Below, piece by piece: positions 1 through 8,517 of a stretch of 64,000 nucleotides of DNA. The notes beneath the pieces were generated by a model. That model saw nothing but the letters and a program-made list of their open reading frames with translations. It ran no database searches and was not told the origin of the DNA. A program made the translations under genes and the position numbers. Location of the stretch: assembly GCA_036402075.1 (NCBI GenBank), contig DASWTP010000141.1, forward strand, positions 2,357 to 66,356. Reading direction: 5' to 3'. Position 1 is the stretch's first letter, and the number at the start of each line of letters is the position of its first letter. This DNA is from Chryseosolibacter sp. (GTDB lineage Bacteria; Bacteroidota; Bacteroidia; Cytophagales; Cyclobacteriaceae).

Positions 1-1
1 T

Positions 2-244
2 ATCCTGTGGGGCGCTTACGCATTGTTCCTCATTATGGTTGGGCTGTGGAAAAATCAGCGCCATCTTCGCATCGCAGCGATTGCGCTGTTTGCTGTAACC
101 CTTGCGAAACTATTCCTTTACGACATGGAGGACATGAGCACCATTGCCCGAACGATCGTAATGATCATCCTGGGCGTGCTTTTACTGGTGGCTTCATTCC
201 TTTACAATAAGACAAAACGAACAGTTGAAAATGAGATTCAATAA
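2..244 (+). CDS. DUF2339-like membrane protein, C-terminal fragment (5' truncated by window edge)
   Basis: Frame is open from base 2 (ILWGAYALFLIMVG...LAKLFLYDM...RTIVMIILGVLLLVASFLY), matching the typical DUF2339 C-terminus. Followed by a DUF3999-like gene. Confidence 0.75.
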   Translation: MLWGAYALFLIMVGLWKNQRHLRIAAIALFAVTLAKLFLYDMEDMSTIARTIVMIILGVLLLVASFLYNKTKRTVENEIQ

Positions 245-1457
245 GTATATCGCGATCCTGAGCCTGACATTTGTCTGTACTGGCGCGGTTGCGCAGGAAA
301 ATCAATTCGCATACAAACGAAAAATAAATGGAGCCGCAAGCGAAGAATGGTACGCTATCGCTTTGCCTCCAGATCTTTTTAAATATTGTGAGAATGATTT
401 CCGCGACCTTCGCATCTTCAACCTGGGTGAAACTGATACGGCTGAAACTCCCTACCTCCTCGACATCCTCGATACGGAGGTGAAGATGCAGGAGGTGACG
501 CTCTCGCCTATCAATGAGAGCAGAAGCGGAAACGAATATTTCCTTACGTTCTCGAACTCTGGATACCAGGTAAATTATCTGGAACTGGACTTTGAAGAAA
601 CCAATTATTTTGCAACTGTCAGGATTGAAGGCACAAACGATAAGAAGAAGTGGTTTGAACTCGCCAAAAATGAAAAGATTTTTTCAGTTCAGAACCCGCG
701 GGAACAATACGCGTCATCAATAATTAATTTCCCTCTTACGGATTACAAGTTCTTACGACTGGCCATCTCCTCGGTGGACAAACTAACGTTTTCATCTGCC
801 ACGTTCCGGCTTGACGAGGTGAAGCCAGGAGTTTTCGAAGATATTCCTTCATCGTTCTCCGTTTCAATGGACAAGAAAAGCAAGCGCACCGTGATTGATG
901 TTCGCCTGGATGACTATCGCCCAGTAAGCAATATCACGCTGGAAATCCCAAACCAAAACGACTTTTACCGACACATTACTGTTGAGACCCTCGCAGACAG
1001 CAGCAAGACAGAACGCGGGTGGCTTAAAAACTACAGGATGATTTCCGGTAACCTGATCACGTCCTTCAAGGCGAATCAGTTTTCAATTCCATTCACACTC
1101 ACGAATCGACTCCGGCTGACAATTGAAAACTTCGACAATCCTCCGCTTTCAATTTCCGCAATAAAGCTCAATGGCGCCAAGGTGCAGCTTCGAGCGAAGC
1201 TCAAGGGCGGCAACCCCTTCCTCTTCTATGGAAACCCGGACATTTATCGGCCCACCTATGACATCGAACATTTTAAAGAAAAAATCCCAATGCAGTTGAC
1301 AGCGGCATCGTTGGGACCCCAGGAAAACATCGGTAAAGCTGCCACACCCATCAGCGCACTTTTTGAAAACAAAGCGTGGCTATGGGCGATATTACTTGCC
1401 GTGATCGCGATACTGGGATTTTTTACCCTGAGGATGATGAAGACCAAAGCTGCTTAA
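231..1457 (+). CDS. DUF3999-like exported protein with C-terminal membrane anchor
   Basis: Signal peptide, DFRDLRI and YGNP...PTYDI motifs, C-terminal TM helix. ATG at 231 preferred over TTG at 225. Confidence 0.7.
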   Translation: MRFNKYIAILSLTFVCTGAVAQENQFAYKRKINGAASEEWYAIALPPDLFKYCENDFRDLRIFNLGETDTAETPYLLDILDTEVKMQEVTLSPINESRSGNEYFLTFSNSGYQVNYLELDFEETNYFATVRIEGTNDKKKWFELAKNEKIFSVQNPREQYASSIINFPLTDYKFLRLAISSVDKLTFSSATFRLDEVKPGVFEDIPSSFSVSMDKKSKRTVIDVRLDDYRPVSNITLEIPNQNDFYRHITVETLADSSKTERGWLKNYRMISGNLITSFKANQFSIPFTLTNRLRLTIENFDNPPLSISAIKLNGAKVQLRAKLKGGNPFLFYGNPDIYRPTYDIEHFKEKIPMQLTAASLGPQENIGKAATPISALFENKAWLWAILLAVIAILGFFTLRMMKTKAA

Positions 1458-1460
1458 CAA

Positions 1461-2237
1461 TCACAGTATGCTCCACTCTTCATTCAAAACCGGAATGGCG
1501 GAGTGCGCAGTGAGATCAAATTGAACCGGAACAACAGCAACATAGTTATTTGCAATTGCCCATTCATCGTTATCTTCCCCTTTGTCAAAGTTGACAAAGT
1601 TCCCGACCATCCAAAAATAACGTCTGCCGTTCGGATCGAAACGCTCGTCAAAATCTTCGACCCATTTTGCATTTGCCTGGCGACAGATGCGAACACCTTT
1701 CAGTGACTCGTTGCGCCTGGGTGGGAAATTCACATTCAGGGCTACACCTTTAGGCAACCCTTTTTCAATGACCTGCCGCGTAATGCGTTTTACATATTCC
1801 TCTGTGTGAGAAAAGTCCGCCTGGTGGGAAAAATCGGAAAGCGAGAACCCTATCGAAGGAGTCCCTTCAATGGCGCCTTCAATCGCTGCTGACATCGTTC
1901 CTGAGTACAATACGGAGATTGACGTGTTACTTCCATGATTGATACCGCTTACCACCACGTCCGGCTGGCGTTTGCCTTTTAACACGAAATGGCGAGCCAT
2001 CTTAACGCAATCTGCTGGCGTGCCCGAGCATTCCCACGCCTCGACTCCTTCAAAAATGAAATTCTGCTCCAGTCTTAATGTATTACCAACCGTGATTGCG
2101 TGCCCCATCCCCGATTGGGGGCTATCCGGTGCCACGACAATCACGTCACCTAGTTGCTTCATTACATTCACAAGGGTGAGAATACCTTTTGAGGTAATGC
2201 CATCATCGTTGCAGACTAAAATCAAAGGTTTGCTCAT
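1461..2237 (-). CDS. surE: 5'/3'-nucleotidase SurE
   Basis: NDDG, SGTPADCV, VSGINHGSN and YSGTMSAA motifs. Confidence 0.97.
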   Translation of the reverse strand: MSKPLILVCNDDGITSKGILTLVNVMKQLGDVIVVAPDSPQSGMGHAITVGNTLRLEQNFIFEGVEAWECSGTPADCVKMARHFVLKGKRQPDVVVSGINHGSNTSISVLYSGTMSAAIEGAIEGTPSIGFSLSDFSHQADFSHTEEYVKRITRQVIEKGLPKGVALNVNFPPRRNESLKGVRICRQANAKWVEDFDERFDPNGRRYFWMVGNFVNFDKGEDNDEWAIANNYVAVVPVQFDLTAHSAIPVLNEEWSIL

Positions 2238-2372
2238 GCGTGCTTTAGAATAGTTAGGGCAAAACTAAACGATTTTGCGATAAAAAATTCCAAAACCAAA
2301 ATTCCAAGGTAAAAGTACAGCAGCACGTTTCGTAATTTGGTATTCGGATCTTGGTATTTGCCCGTTGGACCT

Positions 2373-3005
2373 TTAAAAAAGGGAATTGTAATAGTCGATG
2401 ATGCGGGCGAAATCTTCTTTGTACTCAAAACGCAATCGGTTTGCGCGGATGAATTTTTCAACCTTGTCGGCTTGTCTTCCCATCATGTCCAGTAAGTCGC
2501 TTCGGCTACCCGTGAACTCTTCGATGTCTCCATTTTCCTTCATGAAGAAGTACTTGTGACTAAGGATTAACCTGGTGTTGACATACATTGATCCCGAATT
2601 GCGATACTCCAGGAACTCCCGTGCCAGCAGCGTCATCTTTCCTTCCTCGAGTAATTCAAAAAAAACGGGTGTTTTGTAGCCGGGTGACGAAGCGTAAGGT
2701 AGCGCGAAGAATCTTCGGTAGCGGCTGGATGAGGTATCGAATATCTCGAAGAACAAAACTTTCCGTGCGGTGAAAGCATCCGGTGCACCGTTGTTCACGG
2801 TGTACTGAACGAGGTCCTGCTGAAGGTCATACTTGAGCATGCCCCTTAGCGTGTCGCCCGTTGTGAGCACCATTTTGCCTTCGTGCCACAGCTCAAACGG
2901 CCACGCTTGCGCGCGCAGACAGGTTGGTGAACAAACAGCAAAAAAGAGCGATGCGATTACAAACGCCTTCCAGAAGTGTCTGTTGTATGGAAAAACAATT
3001 GCCAA
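2373..3005 (-). CDS. Hypothetical exported protein
   Basis: 210 aa ORF with signal-peptide-like N-terminus (..LRA-QAWP), directly abutting the ribBA stop and co-oriented with it. Confidence 0.7.
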   Translation of the reverse strand: MAIVFPYNRHFWKAFVIASLFFAVCSPTCLRAQAWPFELWHEGKMVLTTGDTLRGMLKYDLQQDLVQYTVNNGAPDAFTARKVLFFEIFDTSSSRYRRFFALPYASSPGYKTPVFFELLEEGKMTLLAREFLEYRNSGSMYVNTRLILSHKYFFMKENGDIEEFTGSRSDLLDMMGRQADKVEKFIRANRLRFEYKEDFARIIDYYNSLF

Positions 3006-4223
3006 CTACTTGTTACGTAAAATCGTGTGACCAAGCTTGTCGCGTTTGGTCAGCAAATACTTTTCATTGTGTGGATTGGGTGATATTTCAATCTCAACAT
3101 TGTCTACAATTTCAAGGCCATATCCCATGAGCCCGACACGTTTTTTTGGATTATTGGTCATGAGCTTAATCTTGGTGATGCCGAGATCGCGCAAAATCTG
3201 TGCACCGATGCCATAGTCGCGCTCGTCCATATCGAAACCCAATTTAAGATTTGCTTCAACGGTATCCCAGCCTTCTTCCTGCAATTTGTAAGCACGAAGT
3301 TTATTGAGCAAGCCGATGCCGCGTCCTTCCTGTTTCATATACAGCACAACGCCCTTGCCGGCCCGGTCTACCATTTCCATCGCGTGATGCAGTTGTGATC
3401 CGCAATCACACCGGCAGGAGCCGAAGATATCCCCGGTAACGCACGATGAGTGAACACGAACCAATACTGGCTCATCCTTGGCCCAGGTACCTTTCACAAG
3501 TGCCATATGCACCTCGTGGGTGTTAGTCTGCTCGAAGGCGATCAACTTAAAATGGCCATGCTCGGTCGGCATGTCCACTTCCACCTGCCTGCTGATCAAC
3601 GATTCTTTTTTTACCCTGTATTCAATCAGATCTTTGATCGAAACGAGTTTAAGCTTGAAGCGTTCGGCAACTTTGATAAGGTCCGGCAATCTTGCCATGG
3701 TTCCATCTTCATTCATGATCTCCACCAGCACGCCTGCTGGTTTGAATCCAGCTAGGCGGGCGAAATCAATTGCGGCTTCCGTGTGGCCTGCTCTTCGCAG
3801 CACGCCCCCGCGTTTTGCCTTGAGTGGGAAGATGTGGCCCGGCTTACCGAGCTCTTCCGGTTTGGTATCGGGATCTACAAGCGCACGGATTGTCTTAAAA
3901 CGATCATGGGCGGAAATACCTGTTGTGCAGCCATGGCCGATGAGATCCACCGAAACGGTAAACGGAGTCTCGAAGGTTGCCGTGTTTTTCCCGACCATCA
4001 GCTCCAGCCCGAGCTCTTCGCAACGATCCTCTATCAAAGGAGTGCAGATCAGACCCCGGCCGTGAGTAGCCATGAAGTTCACGATTTCCGGTGTGATGCA
4101 TTCGGCCGCGCAAATGAAGTCTCCTTCATTTTCACGATCTTCGTCATCCACTACGATGATCACTTTACCGTTTTTGATCTCCTCGATCGCTTCTTCAATG
4201 GTGTTTAGTTTTATATCGCTCAT
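3006..4223 (-). CDS. ribBA: Bifunctional 3,4-dihydroxy-2-butanone-4-phosphate synthase / GTP cyclohydrolase II
   Basis: [37 protein letters not shown] and QEGRGIGL motifs. Confidence 0.98.
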   Translation of the reverse strand: MSDIKLNTIEEAIEEIKNGKVIIVVDDEDRENEGDFICAAECITPEIVNFMATHGRGLICTPLIEDRCEELGLELMVGKNTATFETPFTVSVDLIGHGCTTGISAHDRFKTIRALVDPDTKPEELGKPGHIFPLKAKRGGVLRRAGHTEAAIDFARLAGFKPAGVLVEIMNEDGTMARLPDLIKVAERFKLKLVSIKDLIEYRVKKESLISRQVEVDMPTEHGHFKLIAFEQTNTHEVHMALVKGTWAKDEPVLVRVHSSCVTGDIFGSCRCDCGSQLHHAMEMVDRAGKGVVLYMKQEGRGIGLLNKLRAYKLQEEGWDTVEANLKLGFDMDERDYGIGAQILRDLGITKIKLMTNNPKKRVGLMGYGLEIVDNVEIEISPNPHNEKYLLTKRDKLGHTILRNK

Positions 4224-4385
4224 GTGTTTGCGTATCAGACTTCACGTTGTCTGCTCTCTAATTTTCAATTTATATATCTTGAACACTGGATAACCCGCAC
4301 AACCGATCAAAACACCTACCTCTTTCAAACCCGTGTTCACAACTTTTTATAACGGCTATTCCCTGCCGGATAGTTCCCAGCGATA

Positions 4386-6305
4386 CTACTTTGCAATTAC
4401 AATCCCCAACAATGCTGCAATCTCCTTTTCTGCCCCTTTCAATTGCTCGTGAATTGTAAAATATTTCTCAAGATCCGCTTCCGACACGGCCTGCTTCATC
4501 GATGCAAGGTTTTCCTCCATTAACCGCTGGATCAACCGGAACTTCAATCGCAAAATATTGGTGAACGCCACGTCATGAATGATCTCTTTCTCATTGGAAA
4601 AGTAGATATGATATTTCGTACTCCAGTGCTTGCTGGCCTCGTATCGATTGGTGGTTAGATCTGCGACCGTATTCTTAACCGCTGGCGACCCGTGTTCCAT
4701 AAAGTACAGGGTGTCTACCGTCTCGTGCTTTTCGGCAGCCTCACGAAACATCGTATAGATCTCCTTGTAGATGGGATTCGTAAACTCAACGTCTTCCAAC
4801 TCCGTCAGCATAAAATCCATGAGCCGTTGTTCTTCATACTGACTGTCGGCATAGTTCAACAGCAGGCGAATAGTCTCGCGCTCCTGTAACTGAATCATGC
4901 TCGCCACATCTGTCTTGGAAGTCTGAGGCGCTTCTACAATCGGGTCGATGGTTTCCTTGGGCGCCTGCCGAGTCTTATCCTGGATCTTCTTATCCCTTTC
5001 CGTGATCAGGATCTTATTTAGCTCCGATAACAAAACAGACTCCTGGATATTCAGCAGCCTGCTGGTCTCCTGAATGTAAACAGAACGTTTGATGGGGTCA
5101 GGAATCACTCCGATGGTGGTCACGATCTCGCGGATCGCTTCCGCTTTCTTGATCGGGTCGTTCGATGCCTCCTTTGAGTAGAGACTGATCTTGAAAGAAA
5201 TGAAATCCTGTGTATGCTCCGCCAGAAACTTCTTGAACTCCGTGCTGCCGTGCTTGCGCGAATAGCTATCGGGATCTTCGCCATCGGGAAGCAAGACGAT
5301 CCGAACGTTCAACCCCCCCTTCAAAACCAGGTCGATGCCGCGGAGTGCGGCTTTAATTCCGGCCGCGTCACCGTCATATAAAACGGTAACATTCTCAGTG
5401 AACCTGCGCATCAGCTTGATCTGCTCTTCAGTCAACGCTGTTCCGGAGGAAGCCACTACATTCTCTACATCGGCCTGATGCATTGAAATCACATCGGTGT
5501 AGCCTTCCACCAGGTAGCAGAACTCGTGCTTGCGGATCTCGTTCTTGGCCTGAAACAAACCATAGAGCACGTTGCTCTTGTGGTAAATTTCCGTTTCGGG
5601 GGAGTTGATGTATTTCGGCTGATCCTTTTCCTTAGTCAGAATCCGGGCGCCAAACGCGATCACCTTGCCCGACAGGTTATGAACCGGGAAAATTACACGT
5701 CCACGAAAGCGATCGTATTTTTTTCCTTCATCTTTACGAATTAACAAGCCGGCTTTCTCAAGCATGTCTTCGCTGTAACCGCGGGCGGTTGCCGTTCGTG
5801 TCAGGTTATCCCACTCATTCAGCGCATATCCAAGCTCAAACTTTTCAATGGTGCGATCGTTGAAGCCACGCTCGCGGAAATAGCTCAGTCCAATGCTTTT
5901 GCCTTCCTCGTTCCTGGTGAGGAGCTCACGATAATGGTCTTTCGCAAAATTCATGAGGATATAAAGGCTGTCGCGCTCACTTTGTGACGCTTTTTCCTGC
6001 TCGGAACGCCCCTCCTCTTCTTTAATCTCTACGCCATATTTTTTCGCCAGGTAGCGGATCGCCTCGAGGTAGCTCATACCCTCATGCTCCATCACGAAGG
6101 TTATCCCATCGCCTCCCTTGCCGCTGCTGAAATCCTTGAAGATGCCTTTGGCGGGCACGACATAAAATGATGCCGTCTTTTCGTTGGTGAACGGACTCAG
6201 CGCTTTATAATTCTGCCCCGACCGCTTGAGCGAAACGAAATCCCCGATCACATCAACAATGTCAACGCGGCTTTTAACTTCATCGATCGTTTCCCGGGTA
6301 ATCAT
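4386..6305 (-). CDS. dnaG: DNA primase
   Basis: KYINSPET, VEGYTDVI (TOPRIM), YDGDAAG and DPD motifs. N-terminal region has the Cys-poor SPF..EKT form. Confidence 0.97.
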   Translation of the reverse strand: MITRETIDEVKSRVDIVDVIGDFVSLKRSGQNYKALSPFTNEKTASFYVVPAKGIFKDFSSGKGGDGITFVMEHEGMSYLEAIRYLAKKYGVEIKEEEGRSEQEKASQSERDSLYILMNFAKDHYRELLTRNEEGKSIGLSYFRERGFNDRTIEKFELGYALNEWDNLTRTATARGYSEDMLEKAGLLIRKDEGKKYDRFRGRVIFPVHNLSGKVIAFGARILTKEKDQPKYINSPETEIYHKSNVLYGLFQAKNEIRKHEFCYLVEGYTDVISMHQADVENVVASSGTALTEEQIKLMRRFTENVTVLYDGDAAGIKAALRGIDLVLKGGLNVRIVLLPDGEDPDSYSRKHGSTEFKKFLAEHTQDFISFKISLYSKEASNDPIKKAEAIREIVTTIGVIPDPIKRSVYIQETSRLLNIQESVLLSELNKILITERDKKIQDKTRQAPKETIDPIVEAPQTSKTDVASMIQLQERETIRLLLNYADSQYEEQRLMDFMLTELEDVEFTNPIYKEIYTMFREAAEKHETVDTLYFMEHGSPAVKNTVADLTTNRYEASKHWSTKYHIYFSNEKEIIHDVAFTNILRLKFRLIQRLMEENLASMKQAVSEADLEKYFTIHEQLKGAEKEIAALLGIVIAK

Positions 6306-6461
6306 TGGAAATCAGCCTTTTGGCTATCAAAAAAGATATATTTGGGGTTAATCAGACTTCAAAGATAAAAGAAGTATTGATCACATCCGGGTAATTCGGT
6401 AATCGCACTTTAACTTGCCGGACTTTTAAACGTTTTTACCCCGTTTTGTTGTTTGACTAGC

Positions 6462-7550
6462 ATGAGTTTTTCCCAAACCGACATCCTGAAAGCCCTTTCC
6501 ACGGTTGAAGACCCCGACTTGAAGCGCGACCTGGTGAGCCTGAACATGATAAAAGATGTGAAGGTAGCCCCTTCCAAGGTAAGCTTTACCGTTGTGCTCA
6601 CAACGCCCGCCTGCCCACTGAAAGAAAAGATCAGGCAGGATTGCGAGGATGCAGTTGAGAATGTGGTCGGCTCAGCGGTCGACATTGATATTACGATGAC
6701 TTCCTCCGTGACAAGCCTCCGCGACAACGCACCGTTGTTGCCGGGTGTGAAAAACATTATTGCCGTAGCGTCCGGGAAAGGTGGCGTGGGGAAGTCTACC
6801 GTGACGTCAAACCTTGCAGTCGCCCTGGCGAAGGCTGGAGCGAAGGTGGGGCTGATCGATGCCGACATTTACGGTCCGTCAATTCCAACCATGTTCAACT
6901 GTGAGCATGAGCAGCCCCACGTTAAGCCCGTGAACGGAAAAAATATCATCATCCCCATCGAACAATATGGCGTGAAACTGTTGTCAATCGGATTCTTAAC
7001 ACCTCCCGACAGTGCCGTGGTGTGGCGCGGACCGATGGCCAGCTCAGCGCTCAAGCAATTTTTTGCTGACGCGGATTGGGGAGACCTGGATTACCTGCTG
7101 ATCGATCTGCCTCCCGGAACGAGTGACATTCACCTTACCATGGTGCAGACCGTTCCTGTTACGGGAGCCGTAATTGTTACAACACCACAGAAAGTTGCGC
7201 TGGCCGATGCCAACAAGGGAATGTCAATGTTCAGGCAGCCCGCGATCAACGTTCCGATTTTAGGTGTCGTTGAAAACATGGCGTGGTTTACTCCCGAAGA
7301 GTTGCCCAACAACAAATATTTCATCTTTGGCAAGGACGGTGGCAAGAACTTAGCTGAGAAGTATGATGTTCCTTTGCTGGGTCAGATTCCGTTGGTCCAG
7401 GGAATCCGCGAAAGCGGTGATAGTGGTTTGCCTGCCGTGATGAAAGAAGGCGTTGTGGCAGAGGCATTCCAGGATCTTGCAAAAAACGTTGCAAGACGCA
7501 TCGCGATCCGTAATGCACAGCAGCCAACGCTTGTTACATCGGTGAGATAA
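6462..7550 (+). CDS. mrp: Mrp/NBP35 (ApbC) Fe-S cluster carrier ATPase with N-terminal DUF59 domain
   Basis: LTTPACP (DUF59), SGKGGVGKST, DADIYGPS, WRGPM and DLPPGT motifs. Confidence 0.95.
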   Translation: MSFSQTDILKALSTVEDPDLKRDLVSLNMIKDVKVAPSKVSFTVVLTTPACPLKEKIRQDCEDAVENVVGSAVDIDITMTSSVTSLRDNAPLLPGVKNIIAVASGKGGVGKSTVTSNLAVALAKAGAKVGLIDADIYGPSIPTMFNCEHEQPHVKPVNGKNIIIPIEQYGVKLLSIGFLTPPDSAVVWRGPMASSALKQFFADADWGDLDYLLIDLPPGTSDIHLTMVQTVPVTGAVIVTTPQKVALADANKGMSMFRQPAINVPILGVVENMAWFTPEELPNNKYFIFGKDGGKNLAEKYDVPLLGQIPLVQGIRESGDSGLPAVMKEGVVAEAFQDLAKNVARRIAIRNAQQPTLVTSVR

Positions 7551-7610
7551 CTGTTGTTGGCCACTGGCAAATGATGCCTTTATTGATAACTTTGTAATGA
7601 ATTGCAATTC

Positions 7611-7871
7611 ATGAATACCACATTAGACGAAATCACGCGAAAGATCGAGGCCTCCCTGGACTCGATTCGTCCTTACCTGCAGGCTGACGGAGGTAATGTG
7701 AGAATCAATGAGATCACTGACGACAAGGTTGTGCGCCTGGAATTTGTTGGTGCCTGCGGAAACTGCAGTATGTCAACAATGACTTTCAAAGCTGGCGTAG
7801 AAGCGGCTATTAAGCGGGACGTGCCGGAAGTGAGATCGATCGAGGTGGTGAACCTGACTCCGATCGTTTAG
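7611..7871 (+). CDS. NifU-like (NfuA C-terminal) Fe-S carrier
   Basis: IRPYLQADGG and GACGNC (CxxC) motifs, next to mrp. Confidence 0.92.
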   Translation: MNTTLDEITRKIEASLDSIRPYLQADGGNVRINEITDDKVVRLEFVGACGNCSMSTMTFKAGVEAAIKRDVPEVRSIEVVNLTPIV

Positions 7872-7932
7872 CCTTGCACTTAACCGCTAAAAAACAGGGT
7901 CATTTTCCCCCATTTATGTGACTTGAGAAACT

Positions 7933-8214
7933 TTGTCGCTTCCTTTAATTTTAAGGGAAATCTTTACAAGGACAGCGTTGGACTATATCAAGGAACAGAT
8001 TAAATTTAATACGGAAATTATCCGGCTCGTAATAGTTTTCCTTATTGCAACTGGTGGCGGGTCGATCTCGTTAATTCTTTCAGGACTATCGCGTGGGCGA
8101 GAGGTGGTTTTGGCGGCAGCGGGAATGATCATTGCCGTAGTTTGCGTAATCATTACGTATCTCCGCTACAAAAACACTCAAGCACTGATCAACAAATTAC
8201 AGAAAGAACCATGA
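7933..8214 (+). CDS. Small two-TM hypothetical protein (start may be TTG near 7978)
   Basis: Two hydrophobic helices (IIRLVIVFLIATGGGSISLIL; VVLAAAGMIIAVVCVIITYL) and a basic tail. Stop overlaps the next ATG (ATGA at 8211-8214). Confidence 0.6.
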   Translation: MSLPLILREIFTRTALDYIKEQIKFNTEIIRLVIVFLIATGGGSISLILSGLSRGREVVLAAAGMIIAVVCVIITYLRYKNTQALINKLQKEP

Positions 8215-8348
8215 AGAGTACTGACCTGATATCGTACATTTTGATCGCAATATTATTCGTAGCGATCATGGTGCCTTTAATAGCGCTGCTAGTGAAGTCA
8301 TTGAAGGAACAGAAAGAACTTGACAAAGGCAAATCGGCAAAAGTCTGA
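8211..8348 (+). CDS. Small single-TM peptide (45 aa)
   Basis: MKSTDLISYILIAILFVAIMVPLIALLVKSLKEQKELDKGKSAKV; ATGA overlap with the upstream ORF. Confidence 0.55.
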   Translation: MKSTDLISYILIAILFVAIMVPLIALLVKSLKEQKELDKGKSAKV

Positions 8349-8517
8349 TCCCACAAACTTCTTAGTCCACTTCATGCGCTAAAAAGACATTTTTCTATCC
8401 CCTCGCATTTTGATATTTTTATAGTTCCGGTGACCGGTAAGTTTAACGGCACGGCAATCTTTTGTGCATACTTTCAACTTCGTCCGAGCGTTCTACCTTC
8501 TGATACCTGTATCCAAA

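Noticed and set aside
4224-4385. Possible FMN riboswitch upstream of ribBA
   Set aside because: None of the conserved RFN segments (e.g. GGGCAGGGTGAAATTCCC.ACCG) is present on the minus strand.
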